A stretch of 55,554 nt of DNA, the filler included, from Jimgerdemannia flammicorona (Eukaryota), in NCBI GenBank assembly GCA_003990765.1. It is 2 parts of 2 records of this genome, joined end to end, with 100 filler letters (N's around TTAATTAATTAA, not from the genome) between each part and the next. Parts side by side here need not be neighbours in the genome. Positions count along the whole stretch, not along the records: positions 1 to 27,736 come from RBNJ01000610.1; positions 27,837 to 55,554 come from RBNJ01000611.1. The stretch is one strand, 5' to 3'. Under the pieces are notes generated by a model. It was given only the letters and a program-made list of their open reading frames with translations. It was not told the DNA's origin and ran no database searches. Positions 25,694-38,300 of the stretch are shown piece by piece (positions within the stretch are counted from its first letter, which is position 1; every line of letters begins with the position of its first letter). A program made the position numbers and the translations under genes.

Positions 25694-27607
25694 TGTAAAA
25701 GCACATAAGCTATTAATAAACAACAGTGGCTCTTCTTCTCTCTACTCTTCTAAGTATTTGTAATGGCTCTAGTTTCTAAATGAGGAAGCGACTAATTCTG
25801 GTGGTCCTAAGTAGCTCGAAGAGATACTAAGGATTCAAGTGTTCTCGAAGAATTTCTGGGAGAAAATATTCTGAGCTTTATTCATGAGAACAAAGGGGTT
25901 ATTTATACAAGATCTGAAAGAAGGATCCGGAAGGATCTGAGAAATCAAAGGAAAATGCCAAGAGGAAAGTTCTCGGCAAAGATGACAAATGATGACAAAT
26001 AAAGTTCTACAAGTTTCCAGGACATTCAGTGACTAACTAAATAAGTACTAGTTAATACTCGGCGCCAAGAAAGGATTTCTAAGCATTTGGAAAGTACCAG
26101 AAGGTTGTAGAATATTGGAGAAAGACAAAGAAAAGGAATAAACAATAAGACTAAAAGAAACTTCAAATTAAATATACTGACTCATTGGCAAGGATTGGCC
26201 ATCCTTGTATAAGGCAAGGGCCAAAGTATCATCTTGATCGGATGAGAACTGGTTCAAACCTCATTGGTTGTAGGATTTATAGGGTTCTCCTATATCTCTT
26301 GCTTCTGATGCTATATCCCTTAGAGAGCCCCAATGTGTAATGTACCTGATCAGTACAGTAGGTCGTCTACTATCCAAGGGGAGAACCTCATGGGCAGTCA
26401 ATGAGTTCCTTTTTACTCAAACTCTTGGATGAGGTCTTGGGAGTTCTTGAGATTGGCGGCAGGTTCCTAGGTGGTGTCATATTCAGGGTAGCCCATCCAC
26501 TTGACTAAGTATTCTGTGCAACGGTATCAGACTCGTTTGTCTAAGATTTTCTTAACTTCATACTCAATGTGGTCTTCAACTATGACTGGTGCTGATGGCA
26601 TCGGAATTCGGCCAGGGTATGGGGGTGACTGGTTCCAGGTCTTAAGTTGTGACATATGGAATACTGGGTGTATATGCATGGTTGTCGGCAAGTTGAGATG
26701 GTAAGACCAGGTAAAGACTTGCTTGGTGATCTCAAAGGGTCCAAGGTACTTGGGCTGGAATTTGGCTGACTGGCGGTTGACTTGAGATTGAGCCTTGATG
26801 TTGTCAGCTTTGAGTAGAACCATATTGCCAATATTGTATATGACATCTCGCCACTTCTTATCTGCATACTTAGCTTGATGTTGCTGAGCCTTTTGTAGGT
26901 TCATAGTGGCGATCTTGAGAAGGGAATCCATTTTGTCAATAAGGTTCTGGGCTGTGGGGACTTGTGTGTGACTGGATTGCTGGAATTGGACTAGACTTGC
27001 AGGGGTCTCGGGGTTTTGACCATGAAGTAGCTGAAATGGGGAAAGACCAGTAGATGATTGGTTGGCATTGTTGTAGGCGAACTCGGCATAGGTCAGGTAG
27101 TGGTCCCAATCATCTTGCTCATAAGACACATAGTTTCTGAGCATTTGTTCAAGTGTTCTGTTCATTCGCTCAGTCTGTCCATCAGTTTGAGGATGGAAGG
27201 CAGTGGACATAGCAATTTGGGTTCCAAGGGTCTTGAAGAGTGCTTGCCAGAAGTGACTTGTGAACTTGGGGTCGCAGTCACTGATAATTACTCAGGGAAG
27301 TCCATAATGGCGGAAGACAGTCTTGAAGAAGATTCTTGCAATTTCTGGGGCAGTGGCATTGGTTGTGGTTGGCTTGGCGATTGTAATCTTGGTGAGACGG
27401 TCCACAAACACAACAATAGCATCATAGCCTGTTTTGGTTCATAGGAGTTGCACAATGAAGTCCATTGTGACTTGTTCGAACTTCTTGGTCGGAATTGACA
27501 AGGGTTGCAGAAGACCGGCAGGCGCTTGGTTGCTTGACTTGTTTCTTTGGCAAAGATCGCAGCTTTGGACATACTCCTTGATTTCCTTGAGCATGTTTGG
27601 CCAGTAG
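25694..27607 (-). mobile_element. Chromovirus (Ty3/gypsy) 3' part: integrase, chromodomain and putative 3' LTR (~25694-26281)
   Basis: MSTAFHPQTDGQTERMNRTLEQMLR, KFQPKYLGPF, IHPVFHMSQLK; chromodomain EYEVKKILDKRV*YRCTEYLVKWMGYPEYDTT*EP. LTR bounds inferred from a TGTAA terminus and a TATA-like box. Confidence 0.88.
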
Positions 27608-27736
27608 TAGTGCTCCTAACGAGTCAATTTAATCCGGATTGGATTCGGATTGATTCGGATTGAATCCCATCCGGATCAACTCGGATGGGATTCGAATCCC
27701 ATCCGGATGGATTCGAATCAGATTCGAATCGGATTC
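27608..27736. mobile_element. Young (CpG-intact) MITE arm, truncated by the assembly gap
   Basis: Begins TAGTGCTCCTAACGAGTC, like the TIRs at 28543 and 31676, followed by GATTC/GAATC pentamer arrays. Confidence 0.75.
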
Positions 27737-27836
27737 NNNNNNNNNNNNNNNNNNNNNNNNNNNNNNNNNNNNNNNNNNNNTTAATTAATTAANNNNNNNN
27801 NNNNNNNNNNNNNNNNNNNNNNNNNNNNNNNNNNNN
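27737..27836. other. Artificial contig-joining spacer
   Basis: 44 N + TTAATTAATTAA (stops in all six frames) + 44 N = 100 nt. Confidence 0.97.
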
Positions 27837-28000
27837 GCAAAGAGATAGCAAAGGAACTAGTAAGCCTGCGGGCAGATACACTTCGAACTCACCCACCCTC
27901 CCCTGCAACTTCAAGAAGACTCTGCGAGAGTCAGAACAGTCAAGTTTTCAAGATACAGAAATCCGACGTACTTTCAAGAGTAAGCGTCCGCTACGTTACA
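27837..28000 (+). repeat. 3' end of a young, CpG-intact LTR related to the gypsy A LTR
   Basis: Aligns to 5655-5810 and 13161-13316 and ends GCGTCCGCTACGTTACA. Confidence 0.88.
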
Positions 28001-28430
28001 ATAGTATTAATACTTAAGATATATAGATAATATAAGTCTAAAAAGAATAATTAGAAATAGATCTGTACAAGAATTATCAGCAATATATTCTAAGAGTTTC
28101 TGTAAGAACTATATAGAAAATAAAACAACCCAGTGTTTATTTAAAGGATAGATGAAATATATGTCTAATATATTCAATTTAATATATATAGAATATATAG
28201 TCTAATATATATATTTAACTAATATATCTTAAGTATTAAGTAAAGAATCTAGCAATAATGAATATTCTAAAGATAATAATCTAACCTCTAAGAAATTATA
28301 GACTAGAGCTAAGCCTGATATATTATATCTATACATATTTGGATATAATGTATAAATTCTTAATAAGAGTAATATCAATTAGTACATATAAGTTTAAGCT
28401 AAAATCTAATAAGCATATATTTCTTGAGTA

Positions 28431-29195
28431 TAGTATTTCTAAATAAATTAAATTAATTTGAATCAAATTGAATTGGGGTCTGATTTGATTTGAAATATTT
28501 ATCTCAAATTCAAAATATAATAATTTAATAAAAATATATGTCTAGTGCTCCCAATGAATTGAATTGAATTGAATTGAATTTGGCCCAAACTTGATTTGAT
28601 TCAATCAAATCAAGGGTCCAATTTGATTCAATTCAAATTGAATCAAAGGTCCAATTTGATTCGAAGTTCGATTCAAACCTTAATTTTCAAAATGTAATAA
28701 CTCGACAAAACCTCATCCAAATTTAACGTATTTTAGCTTGTTAGATTCACCGTATTAATGTGATTCTAAAAAGCTAAAGTACGTTAGATTTGGATTAGTT
28801 TATGCTGAGTTATTGCATTTTGAAATTAGGGTTCAAATCAGACCCTTAATTTGATTCAACTTTTGATTCGATTCAAATTGATTTGAATTGAAAAATCCCC
28901 AATTTGATTTGACTTGTTTAACCCTTAATTCGATTTGATTCGAATTGATTCAACTCATTTGGGAGCACTATATATGTCTAAATTTAATATTCTTTATTCT
29001 TTATTATAAGATATATTGAATAAGTTAAAATTTATTAAATTTAGATATGTTTGATTGAGTTATTGAATTTTGAAAAATTAGATTTAAATTGAACTTCAAA
29101 TTAAATTAGATCTTAAATTGAATTAACTTTTAATTCAATTTAAATATTTCAAATTAGGGACAAATTCAATTTAATTCAATTTATTCTAAGTACTA
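28431..29195. mobile_element. Old fold-back hAT-type MITE (outer copy)
   Basis: Decayed TIRs TAGTATTT.../...AAGTACTA; flanks CTTGAGTA and TTTGGATA both derive from CTTGGGTA (8-bp TSD) by transitions. Confidence 0.72.
28543..28970. mobile_element. Younger fold-back hAT-type MITE nested in the outer copy
   Basis: TIR TAGTGCTCCCAA/TTGGGAGCACTA; perfect 8-bp TSD TATATGTC (28535-28542, 28971-28978); pentamer subterminal repeats; central palindrome. Confidence 0.93.
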
Positions 29196-29519
29196 TTTGG
29201 ATATTCTGATGAGGTATATTGACTCTGAAATCTATATAAGTATTATATAATTATATTATATGAATAAAAAATAAAATAATAAGAAGATTTATATAGATAT
29301 ATATATTTATTACAATCTCTATATCTCAGTCAATATAAATATAGTAACTAGTGCCAATCTCTCCAATAAAGCAAAATTATCTTCAACTATTATATATATA
29401 TCTAAGTTAAGAATAATAGAAATTATGATACCTTTCTCTGATATAATTTACATTATACAAACTTCAGACAATATTTTTCAATACAACTTAGAGAAAAAGT
29501 ACTAGTAATATATCATTAA

Positions 29520-30758
29520 GTAAGAGTCCTGATAGGTATACTGAGTTAGATAGACTTGGGGTATTCAGCTGGCAGTATGTGGAGAGGAGTTATAGTCTGA
29601 AGATGGGTGCTTTTGAAGGTACAAAGAGTGGTAAAGAGTCTGGAGGAGGACTGATATCTAGTGGAAATAAGAACAGATCTGGGTCCCCTAGCTTTATTGA
29701 CAAGATGAAGGAGAGGGGATTGCTGGCAGATACTCAGACTAGTATGGCTGAGGAGAAAGACAAGGCTGGCCTGGAGAGAGCAGGGGGTTCTTTGTCTAGG
29801 AGAGTAAACATAGGAGCAGGAAGGGCTATAGCTGAGAGAAGTAGTGTGACTATTAATGAGAGTGTGATAGAGAATCTAGAATAAAAAAGAGATGTAATAG
29901 CTAATGATAGTGCTATATAAGGAGACTATCAGGAGTAGGAGGATCTGACTGATAGTATAATAGGTCTGGTAGTGACCCCATTACTCAAGAAATTGATCTT
30001 AGAGTTTATAGTTATATTGTACTTCTAGAGCTTAGTAGTGATGACAAAGATAGTTCTGAGGCTGATCTTGAAGCAGATGGCTGGAGCTGTCTCAGTGAAG
30101 TTCTTAAAAAGGCTTGAGGAGGTAGAGGTGGACTTTGAGAAGGCTGCTCTCTTAGAGGAAATATTGAAGGTAGGGTTGACTATAGGTGAGATAGTGGTTC
30201 CAATAACTTACTATCTAAGGTGAGACCTCAGAGTAGTCTAGCTACTGATGAAGAGAGTACTCATAGTAATAATGGTTGAGATAAGGAGGAGAATAGAGAA
30301 GGTTATGGCTGAGTATAGTGAGGTGATTTATATTGGTTTTCAGGTCTGAGAGGGGACTTTATTCAGGACAAAAGATATAGATATCAGGCTCCAGCTGGCT
30401 GGGAAGGAGGCTATGAAGAAGCTGAGAAACTAGCTCTTAGTATTGATATGAGGGGCATTTATCTGCAAGATGATGAGAGTAAAAGAGAGTGTAGAGAAGG
30501 AGAAGAATCTAGTGAAGATACTAGAGAAGCTCAGTGGAGTAGTAGAGCAGTAGACCAAGGTATAGCAGACTTATGTGAACTTAACATACTTGGAGGTGGT
30601 AGATGAAAAGTATATTTGGGTAGATAAAAGGCAGAAGAAGTTGCTGGCTAGTTTGAAGGAGAAGGAGAAGGCATTGCTCAGTTCAGATAAGGCTATCAGG
30701 AGTGCTCAAGAGAATATCTGAGCTGATGAAGAGGTGGGAAGGAGCTTGGAGCCAGGAG
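29520..30758 (+). mobile_element. LINE ORF1 relic
   Basis: VVMTKIVLRLILKQMAGAVSVKFLKRLEEVEVDF aligns with VVIAKMVLSILAQKVKRVVLMKFLKRLEEIEVSF on the minus strand at ~4940-5040. Confidence 0.78.
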
Positions 30759-33715
30759 CTCCTTTCTTGGGTATAATAAGTATAAAGCTAGTTCAAGAAC
30801 TAATAGAGGGTCTGATAACTCTATTATCTAAGAGTTTCTAAATGTATTCCTTCTCAAATATCATTAAATAATAAGATATTCTATAAGACTTCTACTAGAT
30901 AGAGGTTGTATTTTCTGTATTTATACTATAGTAATATAATAGTAGATTGCTATAGTCTATAATAAAGATATTCTGATATTTATAAAGGAGTTCTCTGAGT
31001 TACTGTTATTGCTGAAGGGTCAATTCTTCTTTAATATTAGTAGAAGATTTTACTTTCTCCTAGGTTATAAAAAAGTCTTTTCTTTCTTCTGAAACTATTT
31101 GTTATTTCCTAATAGAGTTAGTTTATAAACTTCTTTATATATCTAATTGAAATAGAGTATCAGATAGTCTATAATGGTTTCTTTTGATAGAATGAAGTTG
31201 TTCTAGTCTTAGTTAGTTGCTCAAGAGTATACAGAATTCATCTTGTTAGAAAATATATATTCTTCTATATATGTCTAGGTTCTTGAAGTCCTTATTGAGT
31301 TCAAAGAAGAGATTTCTAGAATCAGATAGGTTAAAGATTTCAAAGATAGTCTGCTCTCCTAGTTTTAGGATGAGATTCTTATATAGCTTAACTAGTTGAT
31401 AGTATACTTACTGGGGAGTATCCTTCTTGAAGTAGTTGACCTAAAAGAGATATATATACTTCTTTCTTATCTGAGCTTCAAAATCTTTTAGTTTATCTTG
31501 TATCTTAAGTTAGTTCAGAGACTTCTTATAGTTGAAAAGTCTTGACTTCTATGAAGATTACTTGTACAATCTTTTGCTCTTTATAGATTTGATTTCATTC
31601 TATATTACTATTATTCAGAATAATCCTAATTTCACCTATATATATATTTAAGATCTATTATTTCTCTTTCTATAATAGTGCTCTCAATGAATCAAATCAA
31701 ATCAAAGGTCTAATTTAATTTAATTTGAATCAAATTGAAGACTAATTTGATTCAAGGACCAATTCAAATACTATTTTTTGAAATATAATAACTTAATGAA
31801 TATACATCCAAATTCAATAATCTTTAGCTTATTAGATTCCTCTTATATAGGGGAATCTAAAAAGCTAAATATCAATGAATTTAGATATATATTCATCAAG
31901 TTATTATATTTTAAAAAATAGGATTTGAATTGATTTGATTTATTTGAGAGCACTAACTATATAGCTAGTTCTATATTGAGTACTATTGTTTTTTCAGACT
32001 TAATAGATTTATCTCAGAGGCTATGAAGATTATATTCTATATCTTTCTGATAAGCTTTCATTAGAGATTTGGCCTTGGGGTATATATAGTAAGATATACT
32101 AGATAATATCTTTACTAAGTTTGGATTATTCTTAGGCTGAGGCTCTAGTGAATATAAGTTTCTATACTTTAAGATTGAGATATAGCTATCTGACTCTGTA
32201 AGAGATCTCAGAGATAATTAATTTCTCTTTTTTTTATAGAATCTAGAGCTTCTATAAAGTTGATAGTATCTTCTATCTATTCTTAGTAGATTTTATACCT
32301 AATGAGAACTAGAATGTTATTTCCTAGATCATAGATCTTAAGAGTCTTCTTTTTTAATTTCCTGATCTACTTTTTTCAGATCTTAGCTCTATTATCTCCT
32401 CTTTTAAGTATATATACTATAATGTCTTCACTAAGATAAATCTTCTAATATAGACAATCTCAGCAGTCTGAGTGTTTTCTATAATTATAATATCTCATTA
32501 CTCAAAAATATAATTCTTAGTTATTAACTTCTTGTTGTTTTGGGAATTAGTATTTATTCTTATCATAAGTTGAAAGAAGAGTAGCTAAGAGATGTACTTT
32601 TATTCAGATAAAGTAATTTTATCTATTGGCTCATCTTTTCAATATTGTAGTAGTTCTTAAAAGATAGTTATTTATATAATTATAATTAGTGATTCTGATC
32701 TATAGTATCTCTATCTTTCTTACTAGTCTAGTAAGTAGTACTAATAGTAGTATTCTCAGAGAGAGTAAAAGACTATTTAATACTAGTATCTTTCTTGCCA
32801 AAAGACTCTTTTCTGATTTGTTTCTTATCTTGAAATAATAGTGACTATGTTTGGTCTTTCTTCAGTATTCTAGATATTATTATCTTCTAGTAGTATTTAA
32901 TAAGAGTTATCTCAAGAAGCAAGTTTAAGAGGTTTTTTCTATTTAGAGACTTCTTGTTTGGGGGTTTCTTTAAGATATTTCTTGACTTTAGATTACTTAT
33001 ATATACTTCAACAGCTTTAGTTATAGGTATCTTCAGAGAGTAATTATATTTCTTTTTTCTTTTTCTATATTCAGGGTAGGCTGTATTAGGTGAATTTCTT
33101 ATTTCAATAATCTTAGAGGAATGTTCAGGATACTTATATCTCTTGAGATATATGAGATATTCTCTGACTTATTCTAATTGTGATAGAGATAGTATCTTTT
33201 ATCTATATATTATCTTTTGGCCTGTTATCTACTAGGTTGATTTGTAGGTTGAGTCTGGGATCATTTTCATATTCAGATTCTTCTTCTTCCTCTGTAGTAG
33301 ATTCTTTACTATTGGTATACTCTTTTTAGATAGTAACTTTCTTCTTCTTTTTTGATTGCTCATAACTAGTCATCTTAATTCAGTACTTCTTTTCTCTGTA
33401 GTTAAATTTGAGCACCTGTTGGCCAATATCAATGACTGTATTCATTTCCTTCATCTAGTTGGTATCAAGGATTATGTCATATTAGTAACAATAGCTTTTG
33501 GAATAAAGAACTGAATGTGTCCAAGAGAGATGGTGATGTTTTGTATTTCTCCAAGGAGTTGAGTTCAGACTCCATCTGCTACTATGATACTGAGATTGGA
33601 TGGTCCATCAATGGACCACTGGAGGGTGTCTAGGAATTATTTGGCAATAATACAGACAGCTGCTCCTGTGTCAATGAGGATTTTCACCTTCTGTTCTCCA
33701 ATGTCTCCATGCAGG
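30759..33715 (-). mobile_element. Gypsy-B-family relic (protease, dUTPase, start of RT), truncated at both ends
   Basis: Colinear with ~51520-54303; intact protease motif ILIDTGAAVCIIA at ~33642-33681. Confidence 0.88.
31676..31955. mobile_element. Fold-back MITE of the same family, inserted in the dUTPase relic
   Basis: TIR TAGTGCTCTCAA/TTGAGAGCACTA and a central palindrome; no clean TSD. Confidence 0.88.
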
Positions 33716-34711
33716 TCCTAGGAGAGACCTATTGCCCTTCTTATTTCCTGGAAGGAGTCCCACAGTGTGGTATGGCAATGGTGTTTTCCAAGTCAATGGC
33801 CTGCAGCCCTCCGTTTGCTACAGAAATTGTCATAAATTACTAATGGTGGAAATGGTGTATACCTTGGGCAAATTCGAATGCAGTTCGTTTATGATGTGAT
33901 CCTGATTGAATTGAAGACCTCCGAATGGATGCGAAAAATAGGTTCATTAGGTAAGAATTATCTTTAACATTACTATCGTAGGTCATTTCTTGCATTACTG
34001 ACTGAAGCTGAGACCGAATTACCTCTCTTTCGTCTATATTCATTGATCTGTGACCTACCAGGTAGTCGGGGAAACTAAAGCGTCTACCAAATTGTCAAAA
34101 TGGTTCGATGGAACAATCAACAACCACCGATTCTATTGATAGATGAGTGATTTAGCCCTTAATTAGATTCTTGTGCTTGCACAGCTCCAGTAAGGACAGT
34201 GCTGTAAGATGTGGAATGTATTCTTGGAACAAGACATTTATTTGGCTCAAGTCGTATCTCAACGTTCTTTGACAAGATATCACTGATTCAATAACACTAC
34301 CGGCATCACCACCACCTATACCTTGTTATTCGCGTTAAGTTTAATCAACACTGCTTAAAATAATGCAGAAGAAAAGTGGGCATTGGATGGAGACCGGACG
34401 CCACATCCACCGAATCCGTCCGCCCATTCTCTAATTCGAGAAATGTTAATAAAGAGCAATGCCGGCGCTCGTAAATAACCAACCACAGAACTTCCGGAGA
34501 AAAAAGTACATATACATTCACAATGTTATTTGTGGCAAAACATGCCAGATTTGGGGTGGCAGCAACGAAGCTTTTCAGTTCGAGACTTGAGGAATATATT
34601 TACTGTTACTGTCACCATTCCCATTAATGTGTAACATCAAAATCACGGGACAAATCCTCACGATCTCGTAGTTTGTAAACACTTCCTGAGACCAACGACC
34701 AAATTCTAGTA

Positions 34712-36143
34712 ATGCCGAGTCGAAAGTCCCCCGTTGAGCTCTTTGAGGAGGGCCAGCGCGTCAATATATGCGCTCCTATGGTCAGATATAGCAAACTTCC
34801 ATTCCGAGAACTCGTTCGGAAGTACGTCGATTGCTGAGCTTGCACGCGGAACACACCATCGCAACGGCCCCTTACCAACTTCCGTTCCTACCTGTATCTT
34901 TCTCCGCAGCTACAATGTCGACCTCTGCTACACACCCATGATACTTGCCGATGTCTTTAAAAGCTCCACATACGCGCGCGACTCTGATTTTACCACTAAT
35001 GAGCGTGACGACCCGGTGATTATCCAGTTCGCGGCCAACAACGCAAAAGATCTAGTCGAGGCCGCCGAGCTAGCTGCGCCTTATGTCAATGGCATTGGTG
35101 CGTTAGTTGTCATTTATTATCTTTTGGGTACAGATGCGCAAGTCCGCACCGCAATCAACTTTTCTGACTTATGTAATGTCATTGTTCTCTAGATATCAAC
35201 TGCGGCTGCCCACAAAAATGGGCCCTCCAAGAACACATCGGCGCCTTCCTCATGACCGAGCCCGAGACGGTTCGGGACATGGTCCACTCTGTCAAAGCGC
35301 ATGTCGATATCCCATGCAGCGTCAAGATCCGCATTCACCCCGACTTGAAGTAGGATTTTTATCATCCCTCCTGTTTGAAGGAAGATATATGTTTACAACG
35401 CCTCTCATCACCTCCCCCTTGCGTCCCACATGCACAGGGAGACCTACGAATTCGTTAAACGCGCCGAGGCCGCCGGTGCCGACTTCATCACTGTGCATGG
35501 CCGGACGCGTAAACAAAAGTCGAGCGAGCCCGTCAACCTGGACGCGATACGGTTCGTCAAGGAGGTGGCAAGCGTGCCTGTCGTTGCGAACGGGGATGTA
35601 TTCTCGCTGACGGAAGCTGAGGATGTTTTTGACAAGACGGGAGTGAACGGTACGTTATGCAAGGAATGATAAACGGGATATTTTGGGCTGGCAATCAACC
35701 AGTTTTTTTTTGAGGCTGGGATTATGGTTAAGTGCTTAAGAGGATTCCATCCACATCTCGCGAAATGATAGGTGTGATGGCTGCGCGTGGGATCCTGCAA
35801 AATCCGGCCCTTTTTGCCGGCGACAAACACACCCCTTGGGAATGCATCGAGGTACGCAATAATTTATGATGTATACTTCCATATCAATTTCTTTCCCACT
35901 CTCTTTTTTCCTTCGCTTAATCTTTCACTTTCCTCTTTTACTTCCTCGAAACAGCGCTACATTAAACTCGCCCTTGGTTACGGCACGAACACTTTCATCT
36001 TCCATCACCACCTTATGTACATGTTCGAGGACGTGATGAGTAACGCTGAGCGGAAGACCTTCAATTGCCTGTCGAGCGTGCCGGCGATACTGGACCATCT
36101 GGAGAAGTACTGGGATCTGGATGTGGCGAGGGTGATGGCGTGA
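34712..36143 (+). CDS. DUS4: tRNA-dihydrouridine synthase 4, about 6 exons
   Basis: MPSRKSPVELF...ICAPMVRYSKLPFRELVR (Dus4-type), YTPMILA, FTTNERDDPVIIQFAAN, INCGCPQKW, ITVHGRT, VVANGDVFS, GVMAARGILQNPALF, HHHLMYM; GT-AG introns. Confidence 0.93.
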
Positions 36144-38204
36144 GCGATCGTTGGTGCCAATGACGGGGATTGGGATGCGATGAAGATAAATAGATACCGT
36201 CCAGTGTGGGCTCGTGGGGTTGACATAGCGTAGACAGATAGGAGATGCTAAGCTTGAAATCTTGAGATTGGGGTTTCTACATATGAGCGGGGCCGTGTTG
36301 ATAGTAATAGATTGTATCTATTTTTTTTTTAAAAAAAAATAATTATTATATAGTAACAATAATAATAACAACCAGACATTATACATATATTCATTTCTGA
36401 TGTTTGCCAGTTTGTAGCATTTATTTTTCACCGTTCAGCTTTAGGCAAATCTATACATTTGATATATCAGCCTAAATCATTTGGCTGGAGTTTACTTGTT
36501 TCACATAGATATCAATATATTCGCCCTCCAATGACTCTTCGTTTTTGTTTGAACTTCCACTGGATGGTCACCGCGATGACCACAGGAGGGCATAAAAATA
36601 AAAATAAAAATGAGCGAGGAATTGTGATATGGAATGGTGGACGATAGTTAGAATAGACAGTGTCCAAAAGTCCCAATGTAAATGAAGCATGCTCGGGAAA
36701 CCTGACCTGACTGTTTCCCAGTTTCCTGCCGTCGTCGCCGCATAGCCGCGATTTAGGCCATGTTGGATTGTTAAGAGTGGTAGATTGAACAATTGTATGT
36801 TAATGCTTTTTCTCCTCCCTTTCCCTAACCCCTACAAATAATATACGTTCTTTTATGCTTATACATATGTTGAAACATTCAGGTAAAGAATATGTGGCGT
36901 GGGGGTGGAGAAATATGACCAGTATGTCACACCGAAATGTTGATCCATTTGTAGCAACGATCACAACAAGATGCGACAGCCCGGAGTTCAATTCGCTCCA
37001 CGTCAACCTCCGTGGGTACTCACCTCCTCTGCTTTCGCTCTGGCATCCAGAGCTCCTTTGCCTCAGCGTTGATTGCTGCGTAATTTCGTCTCTATCGCAT
37101 CCGTCATCTTTCGATCTCGGGGAGGCCCGGTGGACATGGTTGCCACGGGTTTCAGCGTTTCTTTTAAGCACAAATTTTAAAAGAATGATGCAAATCAAAC
37201 GCATATTCGAGGACAATGTCAATGCGCATGTACGGTATATCTATTAGACGACGGTATTGTTCATTGCCATTCTTTGGATTTTTTCGAATCGGCTTAGGAA
37301 AGCGTGGTTGTTTTGGAACCGGTAATCTTGTAAACGGCACGATACACCATTGCAAGGTTGACTTTTAATGTTTATTATTGTGTGCCTTTTCGGGTTCACT
37401 CAGCTCCGCAGCCTCACCCTTTTGCTATATAACCACGGACCGATGACGAGTTGCATGAGAAAACCGCATCATTTCAAGATAATTCGTTCGCACACCGCCC
37501 AAAAAGGAAACTGTTTGCTTGTACCGTCTTTGTTTGTTGTTTGTATGTAAGCCTTCCATAGACTTGGAGACAATTCCTAAGCAACCCTTTAAAACGGGGA
37601 GATGCTCTGCACGAGTTCCTTTGTACCAGATTGATCTAGAAAAAAGTGGCCGATTGGAACCTAGCTAGCGATGTTTTGAGCAATTCATAACTTCGAGTGT
37701 AACCGTTTCCTTGGGAAAGTTGAAGCACAAATGGTTTTGTGATTTACCCGCTGCAAGGCGATATTGAGGGAGGAGGTCGGTATCGTACTAGAGTCCACTA
37801 GGTATTGTCTACCTCACGAGGCGAACAGCATACAAATAATACCCCAATATGGATTTATGTGACACGGAAAATGCCCTGCCTTTCGCCGGGTTACCAAATA
37901 TGAATACACGGACGTCGCCGCTTTGCCCCATATGAACAATGTTATGCTTTGGCCTGGTTTGGTTAGGTCACTATTTCCCGTGCTCATGGGAATGGGTTGC
38001 TATCGTAACCACGGGAAATAGGCTCGGCGGAAAAGAATGATCAGGAATAAATCTAACGTCTCGAAGGAATAAAAAAGGCAATGGACATTGTCAGAATCGA
38101 AAGATAAAAATCCGTCAATTACATATTTATAGCCCGGAGCCATGGCAACCAAACTACATGAAGCACGACGATACGTTCCAGCTCGAGTGACCATTCCGTG
38201 GATG

Positions 38205-38290
38205 CGTGCCTGTGTGTGCCTTGTACACTCACGCATCGCACCTATGTGCCTCGTACACCCGCGCATTGATGCACGCCTGTGTGCCTCGTA
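38205..38290 (+). repeat. About three imperfect copies of a ~30-35-bp unit
   Basis: Core TGTGCCTYGTA (followed by CAC in two of the copies) recurs at ~38212, ~38246 and ~38279. Confidence 0.65.
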
Positions 38291-38300
38291 TGACTGATAG

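Larger units (their letters stand above)
28001..29500 (+). mobile_element. Highly decayed Ty1/copia relic (integrase flank/SH3-like region), split by MITEs
   Basis: TSKKL*TRAKPDILYLYIFGY (canonical TPxExWxGxKPDxxHLxxFGC) and KSNKHIFLEY/SDEVY*L*N (canonical xIFLGY...YRLW). Right boundary approximate. Confidence 0.68.

Noticed and set aside
27619..27736. GATTC/GAATC repeat array resembling a CRISPR, iteron or telomeric array
   Set aside because: No unique spacers; it follows a MITE TIR and matches the subterminal repeats of the other copies.
27737..27836. TTAATTAATTAA palindrome within Ns
   Set aside because: Artificial six-frame-stop linker; it also forbids any linkage claim across the gap.
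36459..37550. Short ORFs between DUS4 and the oxidoreductase relic
   Set aside because: No recognisable family; overlapping ORFs on both strands are expected by chance.
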